A DNA stretch of 64,000 nt from Nostoc sp. (lineage in GTDB: Bacteria > Cyanobacteriota > Cyanobacteriia > Cyanobacteriales > Nostocaceae), in assembly GCA_036918135.1 (NCBI GenBank), contig JBALDB010000005.1:128001-192000 (forward strand), read 5' to 3'. Under the pieces are notes generated by a model, which made no database searches, was not told where the DNA came from, and saw only the letters and a program-made list of their open reading frames with translations. This document shows positions 23,542 to 33,182 of this stretch, one piece after another; position 1 is the stretch's first letter, and every line of letters starts with the position of its first letter. A program made the position numbers and the translations under genes.

Positions 23542-24062
23542 TTGACAATTTATAAATTATCTGCGTTAGCAAATATCAAATAACTATATTATTAACAATA
23601 TTAATTGACTAATAATAAATTATATGCAGGAAAAATTATATAGCGTTTGGCGTTGTTGTGGAATAAGCCAAACTAGCACTTAATCTGAAAATAGTCATAA
23701 CCATGACTGCGACCCCAACCAAGGTTAACCCAAAGCTTTTATAAATAGGCTTTATATTTTCATTATAAGAATTCCTCTTTTTTAGTTTGAGACGAGATAA
23801 ATACATAAAAGGTTTAAATTTTTCATTTTCCTGTTATTAACATAAAAACTAACTTTTATGCTCGATAGAAATACTGTACATACATCACACTATTAAATCT
23901 GAACTCATAATAATCTTTAACAAAAATGAAATTAATTTTTACTGATAAAATAATTCTATTATGAAAATTATTGATTGACTTTAATTAAAATGTATGCATG
24001 AAAAAAGAGAAGTTTGTCTAACAATATTAATATTATTAATTGACTAATAATAAATTGTGTGC
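23542..24062. promoter_or_regulatory. Four copies of a TTGAC-N15-TGC motif in two duplicated AT-rich blocks
   Basis: Copies start at 23542, 23605, 23975 and 24040, with identical internal spacing. Confidence 0.5.
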
Positions 24063-24438
24063 ATCAAAAAGTATAATAATTAGAGATTGAGATAAAAAAC
24101 TAAGTACATCCCTTTGATGGAGTCTACTTTTTAGATGCTAATAACATCATCTTTGGTACAGTTTGGTGGCGTTGTCAGCGCTCTACTCAGTAAGAAGCTT
24201 GAGACGATGCTGACTAGAGTCTTCATCAGCCCTGTGAGTAAAGGAGTTGTAGGGGGATGGCGAGCAAAGCAAGAAAGAGAGAAACAAGGTAATTTCATCT
24301 TGTAGTCTTTTTATCCTGTGTGCCTGTGCCTTTGTTTGTAAATATTATCTAGCTATATTGATTACGCAGACTTAATACGATTAATTATCGTCAAAATCCA
24401 AACTAGCAATTATAAATTGCAAATTTTTATGAGCATTT

Positions 24439-26970
24439 ATGCATATTTATCGTTACCTGATTTTAGGGCTACTAATTTTTTTCTTAATAACAACTGTATT
24501 ACCAGCCACCGCAGAGGATTCTATTTCCCCAACTCAATCTCAAGTCATCTTACTGGAACAAGGAAAACAACTTTATGATGCCGGGAAGTTGGCACAAGCA
24601 GCACAAGTTTGGGAACAAGCAGCTCAAATATTTCAGCAAACCAAACAGCAGCACTATCAAGTATTAAGTTACAACTACCTAGCTATTGTTTATCAAGATT
24701 TAGGTAAATGGTCAGCAGCGCGATCGCTCCTTACCCAAGCACAGAATATCCTCAAAACAATAGATGATTCCTTCCTTTACGCCCAAGTTCTCAACACCCA
24801 AGGAAGTTTAGAATTAAATACTGGTCAACCGGAAATAGCCTTAGAAACTTGGCAGCAGGCAGAGAAAACCTATCGTTCCCTCAAGGATGTGACAGGGATT
24901 ATACTATCGCAGATTAACCAAGCCCAAGCTTTGCAGACATTGGGAGAGTATCGACGCGCCCAAAAGCAGCTAGAACAAATCAATCAAGACCTTGCTGTTT
25001 TACCTGATAATCTCCTAAAAGCCAGGGGATTGCGGAGTTTAGGCGTAACTCTGCAAGTAGTGGGAGATTTAGAGCGATCGCAACAAGTATTATTGCAAAG
25101 TTTAGCGATCGCAAAGCAAGTAAATTCTAACGCAGATATCGCCGAAACCTTATTCAGACTGGGAAATACCGCAAGAGCTAGGGAAGATTTTCCAGCTGCC
25201 TTAGAATTTTATCAGCAAGCAAGTAGTAGTAGTGAGGAGCGTACTCAACTAGAAGCGCTCCTCAACCAACTTAGCCTGTTAATAACAACTAAGCAAAATC
25301 AAGCCGCACTAGGATTATTACCGCAAATTCAAGCGCATCTTGCTAACTTAGCTCCCAGTCGTTGGGGAATTTACGCCCAGGTTAATTTAGCAGCAAATTG
25401 GATCGAACTGTCTTCATCAAATACAATAGACATTGCTCAACTTTTGGCAAAAGCAGTCAAACAAGCCAAAGAATTAACAGATACAAGAGCGCAAAGTTAT
25501 GCTTTAGGAGAGTTAGGACATCTCTATGAACAAACTCAGCAATTCTCACAAGCCCTAACTCTCACCCAAACAGCACTATCTTTGGCCCAGGGAGTACATG
25601 CAGATGATATTGCCATCAATTGGTTGTGGCAGCAAGGGCGAATCGAGAAAGCTAGAGGGAATGTCGAGACAGCAATTACTGCTTACGAACAAGCTGTTGA
25701 TTCTTTAACATCTGTGCGTCAAGACTTAGTGCAACTAAATCCTGATGTCCAGTTTTCTTTTCGCGATCGTGTTGAACCAGTATATCGACAGCTAGTACAA
25801 TTACTTTTGCAAGATGTTGATAGCCTTTCGCAAACCACTAAACAACAACATTTAGAGAAATCTCGCAAAACAATTGAAGCACTGCAACTAGCAGAGTTAG
25901 AAAACTTCTTCCGCGAAACCTGCTTAACTTATAAACCCCAACCCATAGATACAATTGACACAAAAGCAGCAGTAATTTATCCAATTCTGCTAGAAAATCG
26001 TTTGGAAGTAATTGCTTCTCTGCCAGGACGACCTTTGCAGCATTATGGAACAAACCTTTCCTCAAAAGAGGAATCAAACGTTTTTGATGAACTACGTCAG
26101 TCTTTAAACCCTACTTTCTTGCCTGAGGAAATACTACCTTCTGCTCAGAAATTATATGATTGGTTATTGCGTCCTGCCGAAAAAGAAATAGAAATTCAAG
26201 GCATAAAAACTTTAGTATTTGTCTTAGATGGTTTTTTGCGTAGTTTACCAATGGCAGTTCTCCACGACCGCCAACAGTTTCTCATTCAAAAGTACAGCAT
26301 AGGATTGACTCCTGGTTTGCAACTATTAGAATCACGCCATCTTCCTCCCCAACAGTTTCAAGCTTTAACTGCAGGTTTATCACAAGCACGTCAAGGCTTT
26401 GCTGAGTTACCTGGTGTCAAACAAGAAATCAAACAAATTGCTAACTATGTTCGTGCAAAGGTACTACTCAATGAAAAATTTACTCGCCCCAACGTCCAAA
26501 AGCAAATAGAAGAAATTCCCTTTTCAATAATTCATCTTGCTACCCACGGCGAATTTAGCTCTCAAGCCGAAGACACATTTTTGCTGACTTGGGAAGACCG
26601 CATTAATGTTAAAGATTTAGATAAATGGTTAAAAAGCAAATCATCAAAACTGCGCCAAAATGGAACTTCTCAACCAATTGAACTGTTAATTCTTAGTGCT
26701 TGTCAAACTGCTAAGGGCGATAATCGTGCCGCCTTGGGATTAGCAGGAATTGCTGTGCGTTCTGGTGCTAGAAGTACCTTAGCAACCCTTTGGTCAGTAC
26801 AAGACCAATCAACTGCTGACTTAATAGCAGATTTTTATCGTCTGCTTACCCAAACTGGACTCAGCAAAGCTGAAGCACTGCGCCAAGCACAACTATCTTT
26901 ATTAAATTATCCTCAATACAAACATCCTTATTATTGGTCTGGGTTTGTATTAGTAGGAAATTGGCTCTAA
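24439..26970 (+). CDS. TPR + CHAT (caspase-HetF associated) domain protein with signal peptide
   Basis: TPR-like helices; CHAT motifs IIHLATHGEF, LLILSACQTA, ATLWSV, HPYYWSGF. Confidence 0.92.
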   Translation: MHIYRYLILGLLIFFLITTVLPATAEDSISPTQSQVILLEQGKQLYDAGKLAQAAQVWEQAAQIFQQTKQQHYQVLSYNYLAIVYQDLGKWSAARSLLTQAQNILKTIDDSFLYAQVLNTQGSLELNTGQPEIALETWQQAEKTYRSLKDVTGIILSQINQAQALQTLGEYRRAQKQLEQINQDLAVLPDNLLKARGLRSLGVTLQVVGDLERSQQVLLQSLAIAKQVNSNADIAETLFRLGNTARAREDFPAALEFYQQASSSSEERTQLEALLNQLSLLITTKQNQAALGLLPQIQAHLANLAPSRWGIYAQVNLAANWIELSSSNTIDIAQLLAKAVKQAKELTDTRAQSYALGELGHLYEQTQQFSQALTLTQTALSLAQGVHADDIAINWLWQQGRIEKARGNVETAITAYEQAVDSLTSVRQDLVQLNPDVQFSFRDRVEPVYRQLVQLLLQDVDSLSQTTKQQHLEKSRKTIEALQLAELENFFRETCLTYKPQPIDTIDTKAAVIYPILLENRLEVIASLPGRPLQHYGTNLSSKEESNVFDELRQSLNPTFLPEEILPSAQKLYDWLLRPAEKEIEIQGIKTLVFVLDGFLRSLPMAVLHDRQQFLIQKYSIGLTPGLQLLESRHLPPQQFQALTAGLSQARQGFAELPGVKQEIKQIANYVRAKVLLNEKFTRPNVQKQIEEIPFSIIHLATHGEFSSQAEDTFLLTWEDRINVKDLDKWLKSKSSKLRQNGTSQPIELLILSACQTAKGDNRAALGLAGIAVRSGARSTLATLWSVQDQSTADLIADFYRLLTQTGLSKAEALRQAQLSLLNYPQYKHPYYWSGFVLVGNWL

Positions 26971-27033
26971 CAACTCGGAAAATTATCTAGATTTCTACCC
27001 GATAAACCAACAACTTTAATTAATATCTTTTTT

Positions 27034-27729
27034 ATGCACAAATTACTAAGCATTACTATCTTACTAAACCTAGTAATTTTTGGCTCACCTATCTTAGCAC
27101 AATCACTAGTAGAAAAAAGCAAAACTAACTTACAAAATATCATAGTTTTTCAAGAGAATTTTGACCCACCTGGAGATCCAGAACCAAAAAGTGGTACTGT
27201 TGGTGCAGGTTCTCGTGACGGACAGAGATGTTCTGCAAACGAACAGCCTATTAAACCTTTAATGCCAAAGCGTAACTTTGGATTAACCTTTGAAGAACAT
27301 CCTCCTGTATTTATTTATTTTCCCAAAACTTCAGCCAAAAAGGTTCTGCTGACGTTTAGAGATGAAACAGGAAACTATTATGAAAGAACTTTTTTACCTA
27401 TCACTACTGGAGAAGGGATTGTTAGCTTTATCCAACCCAAAGAAAAAACGCCATTAGCTATAGGTAAAAATTACGAATGGTCATTGGTAGTTGTCTGTGG
27501 AAAAACTGTACAACCAGACGACCCAACATTTAAAGGTTGGGTACAACGAGTTGCAAAAACGACTAAAGTCAATCAGGAGTTAAATCAAATGACTACAATT
27601 GCTCAAGTGAATTGGTATGCACAGAGAGGATATTGGTATGAAATGGTCATGGCGCTCAAGGAAGCAAGCAAAGCTGAACCTAACAATGCCCAATTATTTA
27701 AATCCCTGATAAAAACTTATATACAATAG
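27034..27729 (+). CDS. DUF928 domain protein
   Basis: Signal peptide, FDPPGDPEPK..GAGSR, GLTFEEHPPVFIYFP, YEWSLVVVC, GYWYE; typical neighbour of CHAT genes. Confidence 0.85.
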   Translation: MHKLLSITILLNLVIFGSPILAQSLVEKSKTNLQNIIVFQENFDPPGDPEPKSGTVGAGSRDGQRCSANEQPIKPLMPKRNFGLTFEEHPPVFIYFPKTSAKKVLLTFRDETGNYYERTFLPITTGEGIVSFIQPKEKTPLAIGKNYEWSLVVVCGKTVQPDDPTFKGWVQRVAKTTKVNQELNQMTTIAQVNWYAQRGYWYEMVMALKEASKAEPNNAQLFKSLIKTYIQ

Positions 27730-27778
27730 TCGTTTTTTGCTAGAGCAAACAACAAGATTTTCCAAATTTCAACCAGAG

Positions 27779-30526
27779 TCAATTCTCGCGCCGCAATATT
27801 CTATCAATCAATTGCTGATTTTCTTTGCCTTCTGCTTGTTTGAAATATTCAATAGCAATTTTTCCAGCAGTAGGTTGCTCCTTTGCAACTGCAAGCAGTA
27901 ACCTAAGAGTTTGCTGAAGTTGGATTTTCTCAAGCTGCTTAGTTGCAAATACAGGTAGGATCGAGACAGCCATTATTAACCCCAATAATGGCGGAAAAAG
28001 GGGAATCCACCAAGCTTGTAAAAATGCCAAATAACTAAATAGGATTAATATTAGTCCGGTGCTAATGATGACAAGCACTAATTGTCCAAGTGATTTTAAT
28101 CGCCAACTAACTAATGCTCCTATCCCACACCAAAATAAAATCCATAAGCTTTCCCATGTTTCAGACCAAGTTCGGATTATTCCTTTTCCTTCTAGTGCAG
28201 CAGTTAATAATTGACTGATAATATTAGCATGAATAAATACTCCTGCCATTTGTTTTGATGACCCAAATAGCCGATTGTTATAAGGTGTTTGAAACAAGTC
28301 ATTGATACTTTCGGCTGTTGCACCAATAAGAACAATACGATTTTGAATTTTTTCTTTTGGTATCCGTTCTTGCAACAAATCTATGATAGAAAAGCTTTGA
28401 AAACGTCGATCTGTACCGTAATAGTTAAGTAAAATTTGATAGCCTCCAGTATCAGCTCGGACATAGCCTCCATCAAAAGGTTGCAAAGGAATCAATAAGG
28501 CTTTGCCCAGCTGGATATAATAGCGATTTTGAGGATGAGAATGGGGAGTAATGCCAAGAGTTTTTAAGTATTGCAATGCTAATTGTAAGCTTAAACTCTG
28601 GCGGATTTTACCTTTTGGCAATGTCTGCGACGAACGCACTGTTAATAAGGCACGACGTACCTTACCATCTCTATCCAATACTTGGTCGCTAAAACCTACT
28701 TGACCAGATTGAGCTAATATCCTGGGCGGTGCAACCTTAGTACCTACAACTTTATCAATACCAACAAGATTGGAAGTATTTTTAAACAATTCTACTAATT
28801 CTTGATACCCTGGTTCTACTGGCAAATCTCGATATAAATCTAATCCAATTAATTTAGGTTCGTAGGTTTTTAAATTTTTGATTGCTTTAGCTAAAATACT
28901 ATCAGGTATAGGGTATTGTCCTATTTGTTGCAAGTCTGGTTCATCAATTGTAATTACTACAATATGAGGTTCAATTCCTGCCTGGGTTCGTTGTTGTAAA
29001 AAGTTATCGAACAGATTCCATTCTATCCCTTGCAATAAACCTATGAAGCGCAGCAGGAGAATAAAACTAGTAATGCCAACTGCAAAGCCAGCAATGCACG
29101 GTTTAGCAAGGCGTACATGAATAGTGTTTAATTTAGCAGTTTTTCGAGCTTCTGCCAAAATATGATTCGCTTCCTTAGCAGCAGCAAGAGCAAATTGGGC
29201 TTTTTCTAGTTTAATTTTTTCGGCATTTAAACTTATTTCAATTTCTTGATTTTCTAACTCTTGGCTGGCAGCTAAAAATCGATAATCTAGGTTAGAAAGC
29301 TTTTTCTTTTCTGACCAAGCTAGTGCTTCTTTTAATCTTATCCCTTTTAATAATTGAGATTCATCTTGCTGACTACTAGCAACCCAAATGTTGATTCTTT
29401 GAGAATATGGACGTAGAAGTTCTAAATTTTTATTAATCCATTCTAAATTAAAGATATTTTGATAAATTTTATTTTTAATTTTGACTTTTCCTTGAGAATT
29501 AATAATTAAACCCGATAAAAACAATTCAAACTTTTCTCTACTATCATCAATTATGACTTCTTCTCCTGCTAAAATCTGCTGATATACTCCCAACAATCTT
29601 CCTGCCGTTTGTTCATCATCTAAAATTCGCAAGCTAATAGTTTTTAAATGTTCTGGCTCATCTTGAAACTCCCAATTATTTATAATGTATGACTTGACTA
29701 AATTAGCAATAAACAATTGATACTTATTAACTGGTATCTGCTGATATTGCCATTCTTGATTTGCCACAATTTGACATAGCTTTTGAGTCAGAAAAGGTTG
29801 TCCTCCAGTCCAATCTAATATTTCTTTTAAAAGAACTTGAGTATTTGCTATTTTTCCTTCTAATCCTTTTGTTAAAACCAGAGCTTCATTTAGTTTAAAG
29901 CCTTGAAGTTCTATTGATTTACCAATATTAAAGGGTGTATGTTTTTTATCTTGAATAAAATCTGATGGTGCTGCTACTCCAAAAATAGCAAAAGTAATAC
30001 GTTTATATTCAGGATTAATTGCACGTTGATTATAGCAAAACCGAATCAGTGCAAAAAAATCATCAACTGAGAAATCTAAACTGAGAATACTATCGACTTC
30101 ATCAATAAAAATAACCAATTTTTTTTGAGGAAAATGAAAGCATAATAATTCTTCAATAAACCATCTTAATCTTTGGAGTAAAGATATATCTTCTTGTTCG
30201 CGCCACCAAATTTTTAAGTTGATTTTATCTAATAAATTAAAACCCAACCATAAATCACAAACTACACTTTTATACCACTGGAGTGGGGTAATGTGTGAGG
30301 TGCCAATAATCGACATATCAATAGTACTGCATTTAAAACCTTCTTGTTCCAAACGATGTTTTGTACTTGCAAGCAGAGAGGATTTACCCATTTGCCGAGA
30401 GTTCAGTACACAGCAAAACTCTCCCTGCTTTAGAGCTTGATAAAATTGGGAGTCTGCTTGTCTTAGTACATAACTTGGTGCATTAATTGTCAGACTACCA
30501 CCAACTTGGTATTTATAATTAGTCAT
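27779..30526 (-). CDS. AAA-like (AAA_35) NTPase fused to CHASE2 sensor with C-terminal TM helices
   Basis: YQVGGSL, SRQMGKSS (Walker A), IFIDEVD (Walker B), WTGGQPFLTQKLC; CHASE2 motifs IGLDLYRD, DRDGKVRR, GVFIHANIISQL. Confidence 0.88.
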   Translation of the reverse strand: MTNYKYQVGGSLTINAPSYVLRQADSQFYQALKQGEFCCVLNSRQMGKSSLLASTKHRLEQEGFKCSTIDMSIIGTSHITPLQWYKSVVCDLWLGFNLLDKINLKIWWREQEDISLLQRLRWFIEELLCFHFPQKKLVIFIDEVDSILSLDFSVDDFFALIRFCYNQRAINPEYKRITFAIFGVAAPSDFIQDKKHTPFNIGKSIELQGFKLNEALVLTKGLEGKIANTQVLLKEILDWTGGQPFLTQKLCQIVANQEWQYQQIPVNKYQLFIANLVKSYIINNWEFQDEPEHLKTISLRILDDEQTAGRLLGVYQQILAGEEVIIDDSREKFELFLSGLIINSQGKVKIKNKIYQNIFNLEWINKNLELLRPYSQRINIWVASSQQDESQLLKGIRLKEALAWSEKKKLSNLDYRFLAASQELENQEIEISLNAEKIKLEKAQFALAAAKEANHILAEARKTAKLNTIHVRLAKPCIAGFAVGITSFILLLRFIGLLQGIEWNLFDNFLQQRTQAGIEPHIVVITIDEPDLQQIGQYPIPDSILAKAIKNLKTYEPKLIGLDLYRDLPVEPGYQELVELFKNTSNLVGIDKVVGTKVAPPRILAQSGQVGFSDQVLDRDGKVRRALLTVRSSQTLPKGKIRQSLSLQLALQYLKTLGITPHSHPQNRYYIQLGKALLIPLQPFDGGYVRADTGGYQILLNYYGTDRRFQSFSIIDLLQERIPKEKIQNRIVLIGATAESINDLFQTPYNNRLFGSSKQMAGVFIHANIISQLLTAALEGKGIIRTWSETWESLWILFWCGIGALVSWRLKSLGQLVLVIISTGLILILFSYLAFLQAWWIPLFPPLLGLIMAVSILPVFATKQLEKIQLQQTLRLLLAVAKEQPTAGKIAIEYFKQAEGKENQQLIDRILRREN

Positions 30527-30901
30527 AAGTTTATAAAAGAATGTCAGTATGTCGAAAAGTTTTACGCTTGCTAAAAAAATCGCTCTGGAAAAATCCAAAT
30601 TCAGATCCGAATTTGAGTCAGCCTTAGTCAATGTAACTCAACTTCATGTTATGTTATCCTCAGAAAAGGTAGTAATATTCCCTATATTTAATCACTTGCT
30701 GAGTGTTACAATATTCTTTATAAAAGATGAAGCGATCGCTCTAACTATAAAATCAATAAGGCAATAATTTTAGAGTAAATTAGCAAACAAAATAAATTCG
30801 CGTATATTTGCTCAAATTTTAGTTAAAAAAATTAATAATTTTACAACTTGCAAAAGTTAGTTTACGACTCGCTAAACTTGATTCATATCACAATTTACCC
30901 A

Positions 30902-31684
30902 CTAACTCGAAGCACTAGTATAAAACCGTAACGCAAATCGCCAAAACCAAGTAGAAACGAAAAATAGCACCACTGCTAATACTCCTGCACCCATCAACCA
31001 AGTAATTTCACCTTGACCTAGCAGCGCTTGAGATGGAATAGTAGTTAAAAAAGCTACTGGTACTACATAAGTAAAGAAAAAGCGGTAAACAGTTGGAAAA
31101 GCTGTAATTGGATATCTTCCTGCTTCCAATAAACCACGTAGTACTTCAGTAACATTGTATATTTTAACAAACCAGATAGTTGTAGACCCAAGTATAAACC
31201 ACAAGCTGTAGAGAATCACTAAGCCAAACAACAATGGCACTACACTCAATAGATAGTTGTTTATTTCTACGCCGAGGCGTTGACCTGCATAGCCAATGAT
31301 GATGCAGCCAAAGATTAAATCTGGTAGTCCCCAAGGTGAAATGGTGTGGGTGGATAGCCAAAACTGACTGCGAATAGGTTTTAATAATATAAAGTCAAGA
31401 GTGCCTTCTTGCACATGCCGGACAATGCGATTTAAGTTTGGCGCCAGAAAAGTGGCAGCAAACCCTTGTAGTAAAGTAAAAATTCCCAGAACTACTAAAG
31501 CTGCTTCCCATGACCAGCCAGCAAAAGTATAGCCGGTACGGTAAAACAAGAATAGTCCAAAGACGCTGCCCACAAGATTCCCCATGCTCGTAAGGCTAGC
31601 TATGAGAAAGTTGATGCGATACTCAAACTCAGCTGCGATCGCTGCACTCCAAAATAGTCTTAGTACTTTCCAATATCTTTGCAT
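30902..31684 (-). CDS. ABC-2 type transporter permease (DUF990-like)
   Basis: EYRINF, GTLDFILLKP, RYPITAFP and RFYTSASS motifs; hydrophobic. Confidence 0.85.
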   Translation of the reverse strand: MQRYWKVLRLFWSAAIAAEFEYRINFLIASLTSMGNLVGSVFGLFLFYRTGYTFAGWSWEAALVVLGIFTLLQGFAATFLAPNLNRIVRHVQEGTLDFILLKPIRSQFWLSTHTISPWGLPDLIFGCIIIGYAGQRLGVEINNYLLSVVPLLFGLVILYSLWFILGSTTIWFVKIYNVTEVLRGLLEAGRYPITAFPTVYRFFFTYVVPVAFLTTIPSQALLGQGEITWLMGAGVLAVVLFFVSTWFWRFALRFYTSASS

Positions 31685-31816
31685 CTTGCACCCTTGAGCC
31701 GATTTTAACTTTAAAATAACAAAAGAACTTTATATAAATTTAATATTACTTTTTATTTAAGAAAATTATTGAACGTTAAGATCTGGTGGATCTATTATTC
31801 AAAGCTCAGAAGTTTT

Positions 31817-32428
31817 ATGCATCTAGATTTACCACAACTGATTCAATCACTCGGCTACTTTGGGGTGTGGGCAATTGTTTTTGCTGAATCTGGCTTGTTA
31901 ATTGGTTTTTTTCTGCCAGGAGATAGTTTATTATTCACTGCTGGATTTCTTGCGTCTGTTCCCAACTCACAACTTAACATTTGGGTTCTGATTTTTGGTG
32001 CTTTCGTTTGTGCAGTCCTTGGTGATAATGTTGGCTACGCTACAGGATACAGATTCGGCAGAAGATTATTTCAGAAAGAAGATTCATGGTTGTTTCATAA
32101 AAAACACTTGGTAAAAACCCAAAATTTTTATGAGAAGCATGGCAAAAAAACGCTTGTTTTAGCACGTTTTACACCGATTATTCGGACTTTCGCGCCGATA
32201 GTAGCAGGAGTTGGTGCTATGCATTACCGTACATTTATGTCTTACAACTTAATTGGTGGCTTCCTTTGGACGTTCGGAATCACTCTATTAGGGTTTTTCT
32301 TAGGAAAATCCTTACCACCCGAACAGGTAGATAAGTATTTGTTACCAATTATTGGATTAATTATAGTTATTTCTTTAGCACCATCAATTATTCATATTAT
32401 CCAAGAAAATAGAGTAAAAAAAGAGTGA
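31817..32428 (+). CDS. DedA/VTT family membrane protein
   Basis: FAESGLLIGFFLPGDSLLFTAG and LARFTPIIRTFAP. Confidence 0.92.
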   Translation: MHLDLPQLIQSLGYFGVWAIVFAESGLLIGFFLPGDSLLFTAGFLASVPNSQLNIWVLIFGAFVCAVLGDNVGYATGYRFGRRLFQKEDSWLFHKKHLVKTQNFYEKHGKKTLVLARFTPIIRTFAPIVAGVGAMHYRTFMSYNLIGGFLWTFGITLLGFFLGKSLPPEQVDKYLLPIIGLIIVISLAPSIIHIIQENRVKKE

Positions 32429-32522
32429 AAATATCTAATAATTCAGAATTCAGAAGTTAGAAGTTAAAATTCAGGATTAAAGGATAAAGCAGCTTGAATT
32501 TTTAAACTACTTGTAATCTTCT

Positions 32523-33044
32523 ATGACTTCCTTAAACATCAACTTCTACCTATTTATAGAAAACCTGATTTTTTTTGTCATTGCCACACTTTTTATTGTG
32601 ACTGTTAACTGGGGGTGGAAAAATGCAAAAACCTACACCTTGCCTTTACCATTTCCCGGTTGGTATAAAATTTGGTTTGGCTCAGTGCAAGTATTAGGAA
32701 TAGTACTGCCATTAATAGTAATGTTGTTATGGGGTGTTTGGTGGAGCGATCGCACTGTTTTAACTGTGCTTGGTTGGTATTTTATCGTATTAGCGTTACA
32801 AATCATTTCTGAAACAGTCGCCCTGAGAAACTTTCAAAATGTAGTATGGGTAATGGTTCCTTATGTATATTTACCGTACCGATTCTGGCAGTTATATGAG
32901 GGTTTAACAATTTTAGGTTCTGAAACTAAATTGCTGTGGGTGCGATATTTTTTAATTTTTCAACTGGTGCTGTGGATTGTCAATTATGCCATAGATGTAT
33001 CTCAATTGCCACGGCTGTTTCGCTGGGAAGTCGAGCAGAAATAA
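32523..33044 (+). CDS. Hypothetical membrane protein
   Basis: 173-aa ORF with ~4 hydrophobic segments. Confidence 0.7.
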   Translation: MTSLNINFYLFIENLIFFVIATLFIVTVNWGWKNAKTYTLPLPFPGWYKIWFGSVQVLGIVLPLIVMLLWGVWWSDRTVLTVLGWYFIVLALQIISETVALRNFQNVVWVMVPYVYLPYRFWQLYEGLTILGSETKLLWVRYFLIFQLVLWIVNYAIDVSQLPRLFRWEVEQK

Positions 33045-33182
33045 TTTAAATTAGGGCATGGGGATGAGGGGCAGGGGAGCAGGGAGCAGACGGAAAAGAG
33101 GTAATTTTTCATTTTCCCCTTTGCCCCCTGCCCCTCAGCCTCTTAACTATGCCCAATGCCCTATTCTTCTGGACGTTAGAGC

